The position numbers and the translations under genes are program-made. A stretch of DNA of 49,642 bases from Bacteroidota bacterium. GTDB taxonomy: Bacteria > Bacteroidota > Bacteroidia > Bacteroidales > Paludibacteraceae. Positions 8,094 through 17,644 of this stretch are shown here, piece after piece. The notes beneath the pieces were generated by a model. The model searched no databases and was not told where the DNA came from. It worked only from the letters and a program-made list of their open reading frames with translations. Numbering within the stretch: the first letter of the stretch is position 1; each line of letters opens with the position of its first letter. Location of the stretch: NCBI GenBank assembly GCA_017860335.1, contig JAFNAU010000001.1, positions 1-49,642 on the forward strand. The letters run 5' to 3'.

Positions 8094-9557
8094 ATGATTA
8101 AATCCCTGTTTATCCGAAAATCCCTGGCTCAAATCGAAACTCAGGCTGAAGAAAGCAGTCTGCGTAAACACCTCAATCTTACCAATATCATCCTGCTGGG
8201 CATCGGATGTATTATCGGTGCCGGAATTTTTGTCCTTACCGGAACTGCTGCTGCTTTGCATGCAGGACCTGCAATAGCAATTTCTTTTATTGTATCGGCA
8301 TTTGGATGTCTTCTGGCGGGTCTCTGTTATGCAGAATTTGCATCGATGATACCCGTTTCGGGTAGCGCTTACACCTATGGTTATGCCACCATGGGTGAGT
8401 TCATCGCCTGGATTATCGGATGGGATTTAATTCTAGAGTACCTGTTCGGATCTGCCACGGTGGCGGTAGGATGGTCGGGGTATGTAACCAGTTTTCTGAG
8501 CGATATAGGGCTTCAACTGCCAGCATCTATCTGTCAAAGTCCATTTATTGTCGATGCTTCAGGCTGGCATGCAACCGGTGCATTAATCAACTTTCCGGCA
8601 GTTTTCATTGTAGCATTGATGACCACATTGCTCGTAGTCGGTATCAAAGAATCGGCCAGTTTCAATAACATCATCGTATTAATCAAAGTGACTGTTATTC
8701 TGCTTTTTATCGGATTTGGGATAGCACACATCAACGTGGACAACTGGACACCTTTTATACCTGCCAATACAGGAAGTTTCTCGCAATTTGGATGGACGGG
8801 TATTTTAACCGGTGCAGCAGTGGTATTTTTCGCGTATATCGGTTTCGATGCAGTTTCAACTACGGCGCAGGAAGCTATTAATCCTAAGCGCGATATTCCA
8901 ATCGGCATTTTAGGTTCGCTGGTTGTCTGTACAATTTTATATGTAGCTGTGAGTCTGGTGATGACCGGAATTGTAAATTATAAGGATCTGAATGTCTCTG
9001 CACCCATTGCGGTTGCCATTGATGCAGCCGGGAAAAGCCTCAGGTGGCTCAGCCCGATAATTAAAATAGGTGCTATTGCCGGACTCAGTTCTGTGGTGAT
9101 GGTGCTTCTTCTGGCGCAGTCCCGCATTTTTTACACCATGGCAAGTGATGGACTGCTCTGGAAAAGTTTTGCAAAAACTCATCCAAAATTCAAAACTCCT
9201 TATATTACAAGCATCGTGACCGGCTGTTTTGCAGCGCTTTTCGCAGGTTTATTTCCCATCGGACTTCTGGGCGAACTGGTTTCAATCGGGACACTGCTTG
9301 CCTTTGTCATTGTCAGTGTCGGACTGATAATCCTCCGAAAAACCGAGCCGGATGCTCACCGAGCCTTCCGTACTCCGTTTGTACCCCTGGTTCCGATTTT
9401 AGGAGCGCTGGTTTGTTTGGTTCAGATGGCATCACTTCCACTCGACACCTGGATACGGCTTTTAGGCTGGATGGCAATCGGTTTTATTATCTATTTTACC
9501 TATGGAATTAAGCACAGCCGCGTGAGAAAAGAAAAACAAAACAATCAGTCAGTCTGA
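8094..9557 (+). CDS. Amino acid permease (APC superfamily, cationic amino-acid-transporter-like)
   Basis: 487 aa and polytopic, with about 12-14 hydrophobic segments. N-terminal ...LGIGCIIGAGIFVLTG... and ...GSAYTYGYATMGEFIAWIIGWDLILEY... motifs are typical of APC/CAT permeases. Confidence 0.85.
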   Translation: MIKSLFIRKSLAQIETQAEESSLRKHLNLTNIILLGIGCIIGAGIFVLTGTAAALHAGPAIAISFIVSAFGCLLAGLCYAEFASMIPVSGSAYTYGYATMGEFIAWIIGWDLILEYLFGSATVAVGWSGYVTSFLSDIGLQLPASICQSPFIVDASGWHATGALINFPAVFIVALMTTLLVVGIKESASFNNIIVLIKVTVILLFIGFGIAHINVDNWTPFIPANTGSFSQFGWTGILTGAAVVFFAYIGFDAVSTTAQEAINPKRDIPIGILGSLVVCTILYVAVSLVMTGIVNYKDLNVSAPIAVAIDAAGKSLRWLSPIIKIGAIAGLSSVVMVLLLAQSRIFYTMASDGLLWKSFAKTHPKFKTPYITSIVTGCFAALFAGLFPIGLLGELVSIGTLLAFVIVSVGLIILRKTEPDAHRAFRTPFVPLVPILGALVCLVQMASLPLDTWIRLLGWMAIGFIIYFTYGIKHSRVRKEKQNNQSV

Positions 9558-9586
9558 TGAACTCAATATTAGAAAAGGTAGAAAAG

Positions 9587-9619
9587 AATCCGTAGAACCA
9601 TTGTTTGCGGATTTTTTTT
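9587..9619 (+). terminator. Rho-independent terminator
   Basis: AATCCG - 15 nt - CGGATT followed by T8. Confidence 0.6.
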
Positions 9620-9765
9620 AGTTTAGCAGGTGAACTGATACGTCTGATGAGAAAAATACAGATCCTTGGCGATAAAAGAACTAAACTGACAAAAAATCCA
9701 AGATGTAAATTCCTTTCGTGTATTGGATTAACTGATTAATTATTTGCAGATTAATAAATTTATTG

Positions 9766-9773
9766 TACCTTTG
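9766..9773 (+). promoter_or_regulatory. -7 promoter box with an upstream -33 TTTG
   Basis: TACCTTTG at 9766-9773, with TTTG at 9743-9746 at the expected spacing. It lies 62 nt upstream of the rpsA ATG. Confidence 0.65.
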
Positions 9774-9835
9774 CACACTATTTTTAAACAACATAATGTC
9801 TAACCTACTATTTATTAGTAAAAAAAATTTCAGAA

Positions 9836-11968
9836 ATGGAAGAAAATGAAAAATTAGCTGAAGAAGTTAACCAAACTCCTGAGGCTGTTGAAGAAACACA
9901 ACAACCTGCCGTAGAAGAAACTGCTCCGGTAGTTGAGGAAGCTGCACCGGTTGCAGAAGAAGTAATTGAAGAAGCTGTTCCGGTTACAGAAGAAGTAATT
10001 GAAGAAGCTCCTGCAGCAAAAAAAGAAACTCCCAAGTATGTAAAACCTACCGGACCGGTTGCCGATTTCGATTGGGATTCCTATGAAAAAGGAGAAGTTA
10101 TTACAGGAAAATCAAAAGACGAATTAGAAAAAATTTACGATGACACACTGAATGCTATCAAAGACAAAGAAGTTGTGGAAGGTACTGTAACCTCTATCAA
10201 CAAACGTGAAGTGGTAGTAAATGTTGGATTTAAATCAGACGGCGTGGTTTCGATGAGCGAATTCCGCTATAACCCTGATTTGAAAGTTGGTGATAAAGTT
10301 GAAGTGTACATCGAAAGCCAGGAAGACAAAAAAGGTCAGCTTATCCTTTCTCACAAACAGGCACGCGCTACCCGCAGTTGGGATCGTGTTAATGCTGCTC
10401 TCGAAAGTCAGGAAGTAGTAAAAGGTTTTGTTAAATGCCGTACCAAAGGCGGTATGATTGTAGATGTATTTGGAATTGAAGCATTCCTGCCTGGTTCTCA
10501 GATTGACGTGAAACCCATTCGCGACTACGATATCTTTGTTAACAAAACAATGGAATTCAAGGTTATCAAAATCAACCAGGAATTCAAAAATGTTGTTGTT
10601 TCGCATAAAGCTCTTATCGAAGAAGAAATCGAACAACAGAAAAAAGAAATTATCGGTAAACTGCAAAAAGGTCAGGTACTCGAAGGAACTGTTAAGAACA
10701 TCACTTCTTACGGTGTATTCATCGACCTGGGCGGCGTAGACGGTTTAATTCATATCACTGACCTTTCATGGGGTCGCGTTTCACATCCGGAAGAAGTAGT
10801 TACACTCGATCAGAAACTGAATGTAGTAATTCTTGATTTCGATGATGAAAAGAAACGTATTGCATTGGGTCTGAAACAGCTTTCAGCGCATCCATGGGAT
10901 GCTCTTGATCCAAACCTGAAAGTAGGCGATAAAGTTAAAGGTAAAGTTGTGGTGATGGCTGACTATGGTGCATTTGTAGAAATTGCTCCGGGTGTTGAAG
11001 GTTTGATCCACGTTTCAGAAATGAGCTGGTCACAACACCTCCGTTCTGCACAGGATTTCCTCAAAGTAGGCGACGAAATCGAATCGGTAATCCTCACACT
11101 CGACCGCGACGAACGCAAAATGTCGTTGGGTATCAAGCAATTGAAATCAGATCCATGGGAAAATATCGAAACACGCTATCCGCTTGGAAGCAAACATACT
11201 GCTAAAGTTCGCAACTTTACCAATTTTGGTGTGTTTGTCGAAATAGAAGAAGGTGTTGACGGTCTGATCCACATTTCAGATCTCAGCTGGACCAAAAAAA
11301 TCAAACACCCGTCAGAATTTACACAGATTGGTGCTGATATCGAAGTTCAGGTACTTGAAATCGACAAAGATAACCGTCGTTTAAGCCTCGGACACAAACA
11401 GCTCGAAGAAAATCCATGGGATGCACTCGAAAGCTTGTTTGCAGTTGACAGCGTTCACGAAGGAATTATCATCGAAATGATGGACAAAGGCGCTGTTGTT
11501 TCATTACCTTATGGTGTTGAAGGTTTCGTAACTCCGAAACATCTGGTGAAGGAAGATGGATCACAAGCATTGGTTGATGAAAAACTTCAGTTCAAAGTAA
11601 TTGAGTTCAACAAAGACGCTAAACGGATCATCCTTTCACACAGCCGTATTCACGAAGAAACTAAACGTGCCGAAAAAGCCGTAGTTGAAGGTGAAGAGCC
11701 AAAGAAAGCTACCAAACGTGGTGCCAAGAAGGAAGAAGCTCCTGTAGCTGCAATTCCGGTAATCGAAAAAACCACTTTGGGCGACATTCAGTCATTAGCC
11801 GATCTTAAAGACCAGATGGTATCTGAAGCTGCTGAAAAGCTGGTAGCAAAAGAAGCTAAAAAGGCCAAAGCAGAAAAGGAAGTTAAAGAAGAAAAAGCCC
11901 CGAAAGCCCCGAAAACTCCAAAAGCAGCCAAAGAAGAGGACGCTGATACTGAAGAAAAAGTTGACTAA
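9836..11968 (+). CDS. rpsA: 30S ribosomal protein S1 with low-complexity N- and C-terminal extensions
   Basis: 710 aa with six S1 (OB-fold) repeats (e.g. GTVTSINKREVVVNVGFKSDGVV, GTVKNITSYGVFIDLGGVDGLIHITDLSW, GKVVVMADYGAFVEIAPGVEGLIHVSEMSW). The N-terminal ~75 aa are acidic E/A/V/P-rich. The C-terminal ~100 aa are K/A/E/P-rich. Confidence 0.95.
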   Translation: MEENEKLAEEVNQTPEAVEETQQPAVEETAPVVEEAAPVAEEVIEEAVPVTEEVIEEAPAAKKETPKYVKPTGPVADFDWDSYEKGEVITGKSKDELEKIYDDTLNAIKDKEVVEGTVTSINKREVVVNVGFKSDGVVSMSEFRYNPDLKVGDKVEVYIESQEDKKGQLILSHKQARATRSWDRVNAALESQEVVKGFVKCRTKGGMIVDVFGIEAFLPGSQIDVKPIRDYDIFVNKTMEFKVIKINQEFKNVVVSHKALIEEEIEQQKKEIIGKLQKGQVLEGTVKNITSYGVFIDLGGVDGLIHITDLSWGRVSHPEEVVTLDQKLNVVILDFDDEKKRIALGLKQLSAHPWDALDPNLKVGDKVKGKVVVMADYGAFVEIAPGVEGLIHVSEMSWSQHLRSAQDFLKVGDEIESVILTLDRDERKMSLGIKQLKSDPWENIETRYPLGSKHTAKVRNFTNFGVFVEIEEGVDGLIHISDLSWTKKIKHPSEFTQIGADIEVQVLEIDKDNRRLSLGHKQLEENPWDALESLFAVDSVHEGIIIEMMDKGAVVSLPYGVEGFVTPKHLVKEDGSQALVDEKLQFKVIEFNKDAKRIILSHSRIHEETKRAEKAVVEGEEPKKATKRGAKKEEAPVAAIPVIEKTTLGDIQSLADLKDQMVSEAAEKLVAKEAKKAKAEKEVKEEKAPKAPKTPKAAKEEDADTEEKVD
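9956..10009 (+). repeat. In-frame tandem duplication (33-nt period) inside the rpsA N-terminal extension
   Basis: GAAGAAGTAATTGAAGAAGCT occurs at 9956-9976 and again, identical, at 9989-10009. Both copies encode EEVIEEA. Confidence 0.9.
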
Positions 11969-11989
11969 TACTTTCAGAATTAATATGAG

Positions 11990-12025
11990 AAAAACTGTCC
12001 GACATCTGTCGAACAGTTTTTTTTT
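11990..12025 (+). terminator. Rho-independent terminator after rpsA
   Basis: ACTGTCCGAC-ATCT-GTCGAACAGT (1 mismatch) followed by T9. Confidence 0.8.
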
Positions 12026-12169
12026 CAATATATTACCGCGTAATTGTTCATCCTGTAATGCTTTACTTGGAAAAATTGAGCAAACGAATATCAATCTTCA
12101 CGAAAAACATTTATAATGTTTAAAAAATAACGTATGTTTGTAATTAAATCAATAATTATTTATATCGCC

Positions 12170-12592
12170 ATGAAAAAACCAATCATTTTTATTCTCACTT
12201 TAGCCCTTTTAACCGGATGTATAGGTACTCCTCAGCAAAAAGCTGAATACAATGTTAAAAAGTATATTAAGGAAATGAATAGCAAAGAGCAGACAGACCT
12301 TAAGCCAGTTTCTGCCGGAAAGCTACAAACAATAGAATTGAAGGAAGACAGCGCTTATCTTGCTGCCAGAGATTCGATGTTTTACTATAAAAGAAAACTG
12401 AGCGAGACATTCGATCAGTTTAAACTGGCTGATAATCAAAATAAAGCCCAGGATTTTATCTCGGAAATGAAACTCAGGGAAAAATTTTGTGAGGAGAGAA
12501 AATATAAAATTGTTGAGCGCGTAAAATCCGAAGCAAAGGGTGAATATGATATCACTTTCTTCCTGGATGGCAACCTCGAAGTTGTAGAATAA
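12170..12592 (+). CDS. Hypothetical lipoprotein
   Basis: MKKPIIFILTLALLTGC has a lipobox (LTGC). I prefer the start at 12170 over the ORF-track start at 12134. I recognise no family. Confidence 0.6.
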   Translation: MKKPIIFILTLALLTGCIGTPQQKAEYNVKKYIKEMNSKEQTDLKPVSAGKLQTIELKEDSAYLAARDSMFYYKRKLSETFDQFKLADNQNKAQDFISEMKLREKFCEERKYKIVERVKSEAKGEYDITFFLDGNLEVVE

Positions 12593-12597
12593 AAAAA

Positions 12598-12637
12598 TCA
12601 CCCCAAAAGTTCAATGAAACTTTTGGGGTGATTTTTT
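12598..12637 (+). terminator. Rho-independent terminator
   Basis: TCACCCCAAAAGT - 8 nt - ACTTTTGGGGTGA followed by T6. Confidence 0.85.
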
Positions 12638-12645
12638 AGTGAAAG

Positions 12646-12719
12646 TGGAGATTACCGGACTCGAACCGGTCACCTCGACACTGCCAGTGTCGCGCTCTAG
12701 CCAGATGAGCTAAACCCCC
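12646..12719 (-). tRNA. tRNA-Ala (anticodon GGC)
   Basis: The reverse complement folds as a cloverleaf: acceptor GGGGGTT/AATCTCC including the G3:U70 alanine identity pair, D arm GCTC-ATCTGGCTA-GAGC, anticodon arm CGACA-CTGGCAG-TGTCG, T arm ACCGG-TTCGAGT-CCGGT, discriminator A. CCA is not encoded. Confidence 0.9.
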
Positions 12720-12735
12720 TTTTGCTAATGCGATG

Positions 12736-12743
12736 CAAAGATA
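12736..12743 (-). promoter_or_regulatory. -7 promoter box for tRNA-Ala
   Basis: TATCTTTG on the minus strand, ~17 nt upstream of the tRNA 5' end. Confidence 0.6.
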
Positions 12744-12764
12744 AACATTTTTGGAAATAAATTC

Positions 12765-12772
12765 GTATTTTT
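12765..12772 (+). promoter_or_regulatory. -7 promoter box for the DUF4286-ruvC unit
   Basis: TATTTTTG lies 25 nt upstream of the ATG at 12797. Confidence 0.55.
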
Positions 12773-12796
12773 GTGTGAAATTATAATCTCATTGTA

Positions 12797-13108
12797 ATGT
12801 TTATATACAACACCACTTTCCTTGTAACCGACCGGTGCTTCAATCCCTGGTTCAAATGGCTCAAAGAGGAGCACATCCCGAATATGCTCAATACCAGACA
12901 TTTCTCAAAACCTCAGATAGCGAAAGTACTGACCACCGAAAGTGATCAGGAAGGTATGTCGTTCTCGGTGCAGTTTATTGTAAATGATCTTGAGAATCTG
13001 CAAAGTTGGATAGATAATAATAACGAAATAAGATTACAGAATAATCTGTCATTACGGTTTGGGGCAGAGGTGCTTTCGTTTTCAACTATTTTAGAACTGA
13101 TGGATTGA
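12797..13108 (+). CDS. DUF4286 family protein
   Basis: 103 aa. [10 protein letters not shown]......[10 protein letters not shown] matches the small conserved Bacteroidota protein usually found next to ruvC. Confidence 0.7.
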   Translation: MFIYNTTFLVTDRCFNPWFKWLKEEHIPNMLNTRHFSKPQIAKVLTTESDQEGMSFSVQFIVNDLENLQSWIDNNNEIRLQNNLSLRFGAEVLSFSTILELMD

Positions 13109-13110
13109 AA

Positions 13111-13671
13111 ATGGCGAAAGATCAGATAATACTTGGCATAGACCCGGGTACAACGGTAATGGGATACGGAATTATCCGGGTTAAAGATAATAAAGCCGAA
13201 ATGATAACGATGGGTGTGCTGGAGCTGAAGAAATATTCGGATCATTATCAGAAATTACAGCGTATTTTTGCCCGGACACTATCGCTTATCGATGAATATA
13301 ATCCGGTATGTCTTGCCATCGAAGCGCCTTTCTTTGGAAAAAATGTGCAATCGATGCTGAAACTCGGGCGGGCGCAGGGAGCAGCCATTGCTGCTGCTTT
13401 ATACCGCGATTTACCGGTGAATGAATATGCACCGCTGAAAATTAAAATGTCGATAACAGGAAACGGCCGTGCTGCCAAGGAACAGGTGGCTGATATGTTG
13501 CGGCGATATCTTCGCATTCCACAGGAAAATATGTTGCCTCAGCTGGATGCAACCGACGGCCTGGCTGCCGCGTACTGTCATTTTCTGCAGTCAGGAAAAC
13601 CAACCACAGATAGTGAATATAAGAGTTGGAAAGATTATATCAATCAGAACTCCAGCCGAATCAAGAAGTAA
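13111..13671 (+). CDS. ruvC: Crossover junction endodeoxyribonuclease RuvC
   Basis: [16 protein letters not shown] (catalytic Asp), ...[23 protein letters not shown]..., ...[15 protein letters not shown] at 13111 is preferred over the TTG at 13105. Confidence 0.92.
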   Translation: MAKDQIILGIDPGTTVMGYGIIRVKDNKAEMITMGVLELKKYSDHYQKLQRIFARTLSLIDEYNPVCLAIEAPFFGKNVQSMLKLGRAQGAAIAAALYRDLPVNEYAPLKIKMSITGNGRAAKEQVADMLRRYLRIPQENMLPQLDATDGLAAAYCHFLQSGKPTTDSEYKSWKDYINQNSSRIKK

Positions 13672-13717
13672 AAAAAACCGATTGCGGATTATCGCTTTCG
13701 TCCTGTTTGAGAATGTC

Positions 13718-14815
13718 CTACCGGTTTATATCAATAACATCTAAAAGTCCGTTTTCAGGCATATCTAATGGCAATTCCCAAAACATTAATCCGCCCAGAC
13801 TTTTTTTCTTTACATAATCGCTTTTTGCTTTCAGGGATTGTTTGTCGTCACCTGTGACAAATTTCATTTTCTCGTCGTTGTACCAATGTGCAGCCTGTGC
13901 TTTTTTGTCCCAGTAATACTTATAGCCATTGGATTCTGTAAATGTATTCACATTCATTTTATAATCGTGTGAACCCAGAAATTTCCCCGGTTGATAGAGA
14001 CCATTGTTTATATTCGGGACATTTTCCCATGAACGGGTGTAGAAAGTTGCCCCGATTATGACTTTATTCAGAGGAAATCCTGTCTTTTCGAGATAGCTGA
14101 TAGCTTTGTCTGCCGATTCCTCATTCTCCTGTGAACTGTATAAGGGTGTCATGTGTCCGGTGATGGTAGCGTATCCGCCTACCAGGTCGTAAGACATTAG
14201 GTTTACAAAATCGATATATGGATTAATGGCTTTCCAGTCGATGGCTTTCTCCATATACTCCATAAAACCACCTGAAGCAAAACTGATAATTTTTCCCTTC
14301 GGAAGTGTTTTCCGTAGTAATGCCACTACTTTGGTAAAATTGTTTTTATCTTCCATCAGATACTGATGTCCGGGAAATCCCTTCACCACCGGATATTCCC
14401 AGTCAAAGTCAAATCCGTCCAGATTATAGGTTTTCAGAAAGTCTCTGACTGAACTTACGAACCGTTTTGTTTTCAGCGGGTCATTAAATACGTTGGAACA
14501 TAACTCGCAGCCACCCCAGCCACCCAAAGCTATCATTGTTTTAAGATGCGGGTATTTTTGTTTCAGCTTTATTAGTTCCTTCAATACGGTGAGATCTTTC
14601 TGTCTGGAAACGCCAAAATATCCACCGCTGTTTACGTGACCGAAACTGTAAATGACATGAGTAATACGGCTGTAGTCATACATCATCAGCGATGCACTAT
14701 CGGCAGAGAAGTAGGCTATCAGTTTATACTTACGCTCTGAAGGGTTCTTTTGTCCATGGAGTGCTGCCGAAAATACAAGAACCACTAAACTAATTAGAAA
14801 TGCTGTTTTTTTCAT
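13718..14815 (-). CDS. Glycoside hydrolase family 18 protein (chitinase / endo-beta-N-acetylglucosaminidase-like), secreted
   Basis: Signal peptide MKKTAFLISLVVLVFSAALHG. The GH18 catalytic motif DGFDFDWEYP (DxxDxDxE) is present. Confidence 0.85.
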   Translation of the reverse strand: MKKTAFLISLVVLVFSAALHGQKNPSERKYKLIAYFSADSASLMMYDYSRITHVIYSFGHVNSGGYFGVSRQKDLTVLKELIKLKQKYPHLKTMIALGGWGGCELCSNVFNDPLKTKRFVSSVRDFLKTYNLDGFDFDWEYPVVKGFPGHQYLMEDKNNFTKVVALLRKTLPKGKIISFASGGFMEYMEKAIDWKAINPYIDFVNLMSYDLVGGYATITGHMTPLYSSQENEESADKAISYLEKTGFPLNKVIIGATFYTRSWENVPNINNGLYQPGKFLGSHDYKMNVNTFTESNGYKYYWDKKAQAAHWYNDEKMKFVTGDDKQSLKAKSDYVKKKSLGGLMFWELPLDMPENGLLDVIDINR

Positions 14816-14975
14816 AATGATTGATGCATATTTTACGGATGAATATAGGGCCTTATATAGTGAATACTAATCTTGTGAAATATCGTAAATGAAAAGAATA
14901 GTCGTATTGTTTACTAATATGATTTTTATATATTGTTCATTTATGAGTTTGTAAAATGCGGATACCAGCAATCAG

Positions 14976-17447
14976 CTATGCTTTTCCCTCCTTTTTTCCA
15001 CCCCGTATCCAGCCGAGCATAAATGTTACTTCCTGTTGTGACAAAACGCTGCTGAGTAATTCATACACTGGACCGTTCAGATTGTTTTTCTCGAGTAAAC
15101 TGACTGCTTTCTGCAACTTCTCCGGACCGATAAACCGCTCTACTTTCAAAACGCCTTTCTCTACCAGTTCTGAAAGGTGTTTGGTAATGGTTCCTTCCGT
15201 GAGGCTTCGTTGTTTAGCTATTTCAGAAATAGTATTGCCTTCCAGATAAAGTTCGAGTGAAACACGGACAGTATCAATTTTGGGCTTTTTCTCCTTCTTC
15301 TGAGCTGGTTTTTTAGTTCCCTTTGCTTCCAGCAACGACATTTCCGACGACAAATTATTTTCGATACAATATGTGCGGATGCATTTCAGAAAATCTTGGC
15401 CGAATTTATCTGCTTTTAGTTTACCGAAACCTGAAATCTTCGAAAGATCCTTTTCGGTTTGAGGCAGATAATCTGCCATTTCGGTTAGCGATTTGACCGT
15501 ACCAACCAGGTAAATAGGCAATCCGGAACGGTCGCTTATTTCGTTGCGAATATGAAACAACTGATAAAGCAGTTGAGGATGCTTTGAACTGATTTTCTGA
15601 TTGGTGTTGGTTTTTGAATAAGAACTGTAACTGAATAAGGGAAGTGTAAAATTTTGACGTAATTCAAAGTATTTTTCGGGACTAAATCCGTTTTGAATTT
15701 CTTTGATAAGATGTTTTTTTTGCTCGGCAAAAATAAATATATCCTCCAGAAACTCATCATAGTCTTTGGCGTTTTGGCGGTTGTCAGTCGCAGCGGTAGA
15801 TTGCCGTAGCGTATCTGTCAGGACACTCAGATGTTCTGAAAAATAACCATTGGCAGCCTGAAGACGACTTTGCAGTAAATCTTCATTAAAATCTTTGTTC
15901 GAGTTGATTTGTGATAATTGTGATTGAAAGCGGGAAGCAACATCCTGAAGCGCTTCCGTCTGTTTAATGATGTTTTGGATAAATGGCAGCGTGTCACTGT
16001 CGAATGAGCTTTCCACATCCTTAATCCGGTTATACCAGCGATTGGTACTGGCAACAACCGGTTTGAAATCAAAAATTCCGAGTAGAAGCGTTTCCTGATA
16101 TTTTCTTTTTGAAATATCCAGTTGTGAACTAAGTTGAGTGATGGAGCTTGTCTGTCCAGAAAAACGAACAATTTTATCGTCATTCTGAAGAGAGTACTGA
16201 TTGATGGGGCTAAGCAAAACCATTCCTTCCAGCGAACGGCAGCGGCTTAACGCCACATATACCTGGCCGGGTGCAAACGCCGCACCGGCATCGATTACTG
16301 CTTTGTCGAAAGTCAGACCCTGGCTTTTGTGTATTGTGATGGCCCAGGCGAGGCGTAACGGAAATTGCGTGAAAGTTCCAAGCACTTCCTCATCAATTTG
16401 CAGGGTGGTCTCGTTGGCTTTGTAACGTACGTTGTGCCATACCGTGGGGCTCACTACAATTTCCTGATCATCATCGGGACATTTCACAATGATTGTTTCG
16501 TCTTCGAAAGCCGTTATTTCACCAATTTTCCCATTGAAGAACCTTCTTGGAGTTTCAGTGTCGTTCTTAACAAACATAACCTTAGCGCCTACTTTCAGTT
16601 GCAACTTTTTCTCTATAGGGTAGAGTTTTTCCGGGAAATCCCCTTTAATTTCAGCTTCGAAATATCTGAATTTATTTTTCAGGGCTGCCAGTTCTTCAGA
16701 ATTAATCCTGTCGGCTTTGTAATTATGAGTTGTCAGGATGATATATGTGTCATCTTTTGGCGGAACAAAAAGTGGGTTAAATCTGCTTTGCAGCATGGAC
16801 ATCCCGGTGGCAGACAGGCTGTTGTTTCTCACCTCGCTGAGTAATGTGATGAATGACATATCGTTTTGGCGAAAAATTTTTTCAAACTCAATATATACCG
16901 GAGGTTTCTCGCCAATGACCCGACTATGAAAAAAATAGATGCTTTCATAATAAGGCGAAAGGAGTTTCCATTCTTCGGACTGCGCGACCGGTGAAAGTTG
17001 GTACATATCACCGATAAAGATCATCTGTACTCCACCAAAAGGTTCGTTATTCCGATAGCGGATATGTCGCAGCAAGGTATCGACAGCATCAAGCAAATCA
17101 GCCCGTACCATACTTATTTCATCAATTACCATCAATTCCAGCTCGCGGATCACTTTTCGCCGTTGGCTTTGCATTTTCAGTTTACTGATCAGGTCTTTTC
17201 TTCCTTCAGGAGTAGGGATGAAAGGAGTGAATGGCAGCTGGAAAAATGAATGGATGGTTGTACCGCCGGCATTGATGGCAGCCACACCTGTTGGAGCGAC
17301 TACGGCAATCTGTTTACCGGTATTTTTACGAAGCTCACGCAGGAATGTGGTTTTACCGGTTCCGGCTTTTCCGGTCAGAAAAATATTGCAGTTGGTGAGT
17401 TCCGCAAACTCACGGGCATAATTGTAAATCTCGGAATTTGTAGTCAT
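14976..17447 (-). CDS. PIF1/RecD-family SF1 DNA helicase with HRDC-like and C-terminal helix-turn-helix domains
   Basis: 823 aa. Walker A FLTGKAGTGKTTF, VVAPTGVAAINAGGTTIHSFF, Walker B LMVIDEISMV, QMIFIGDMYQLSPV, ...AITIHKSQGLTFD... An HRDC-like segment (LYQLFHIRNEISDRSGLPIYLV...LSKISGFGKLKADKFG) is followed by a terminal HTH (ISEIAKQRSLTEGTITKHLSELV). Confidence 0.85.
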   Translation of the reverse strand: MTTNSEIYNYAREFAELTNCNIFLTGKAGTGKTTFLRELRKNTGKQIAVVAPTGVAAINAGGTTIHSFFQLPFTPFIPTPEGRKDLISKLKMQSQRRKVIRELELMVIDEISMVRADLLDAVDTLLRHIRYRNNEPFGGVQMIFIGDMYQLSPVAQSEEWKLLSPYYESIYFFHSRVIGEKPPVYIEFEKIFRQNDMSFITLLSEVRNNSLSATGMSMLQSRFNPLFVPPKDDTYIILTTHNYKADRINSEELAALKNKFRYFEAEIKGDFPEKLYPIEKKLQLKVGAKVMFVKNDTETPRRFFNGKIGEITAFEDETIIVKCPDDDQEIVVSPTVWHNVRYKANETTLQIDEEVLGTFTQFPLRLAWAITIHKSQGLTFDKAVIDAGAAFAPGQVYVALSRCRSLEGMVLLSPINQYSLQNDDKIVRFSGQTSSITQLSSQLDISKRKYQETLLLGIFDFKPVVASTNRWYNRIKDVESSFDSDTLPFIQNIIKQTEALQDVASRFQSQLSQINSNKDFNEDLLQSRLQAANGYFSEHLSVLTDTLRQSTAATDNRQNAKDYDEFLEDIFIFAEQKKHLIKEIQNGFSPEKYFELRQNFTLPLFSYSSYSKTNTNQKISSKHPQLLYQLFHIRNEISDRSGLPIYLVGTVKSLTEMADYLPQTEKDLSKISGFGKLKADKFGQDFLKCIRTYCIENNLSSEMSLLEAKGTKKPAQKKEKKPKIDTVRVSLELYLEGNTISEIAKQRSLTEGTITKHLSELVEKGVLKVERFIGPEKLQKAVSLLEKNNLNGPVYELLSSVLSQQEVTFMLGWIRGGKKEGKA

Positions 17448-17467
17448 AATTTGTCATTCTATGAATA

Positions 17468-17475
17468 CAAATGTA
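17468..17475 (-). promoter_or_regulatory. -7 promoter box for the helicase gene
   Basis: TACATTTG on the minus strand, 21 nt upstream of the ATG (17447). Confidence 0.55.
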
Positions 17476-17574
17476 CAAAAAATATCGAATTCTTTTATCC
17501 GAAGACGTTTGATCTGTTTTTACATCACGGGAACTTAAGGATAATTTTATAAACACCAATAAACCGATATGTTT

Positions 17575-17625
17575 TAAAATAGAACAATCCGACTGAGCCA
17601 CATCAGTGCTTTCAGTCGGATTGTT
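17575..17625 (-). terminator. Terminator closing the methylmalonyl-CoA cluster
   Basis: Perfect 14-bp stem AACAATCCGACTGA / TCAGTCGGATTGTT (17583-17596 / 17612-17625) with a T-rich tract downstream on the minus strand. It lies 20 nt after the biotin-carrier stop. Confidence 0.8.
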
Positions 17626-17644
17626 GATTTAACTATTGATAAAA

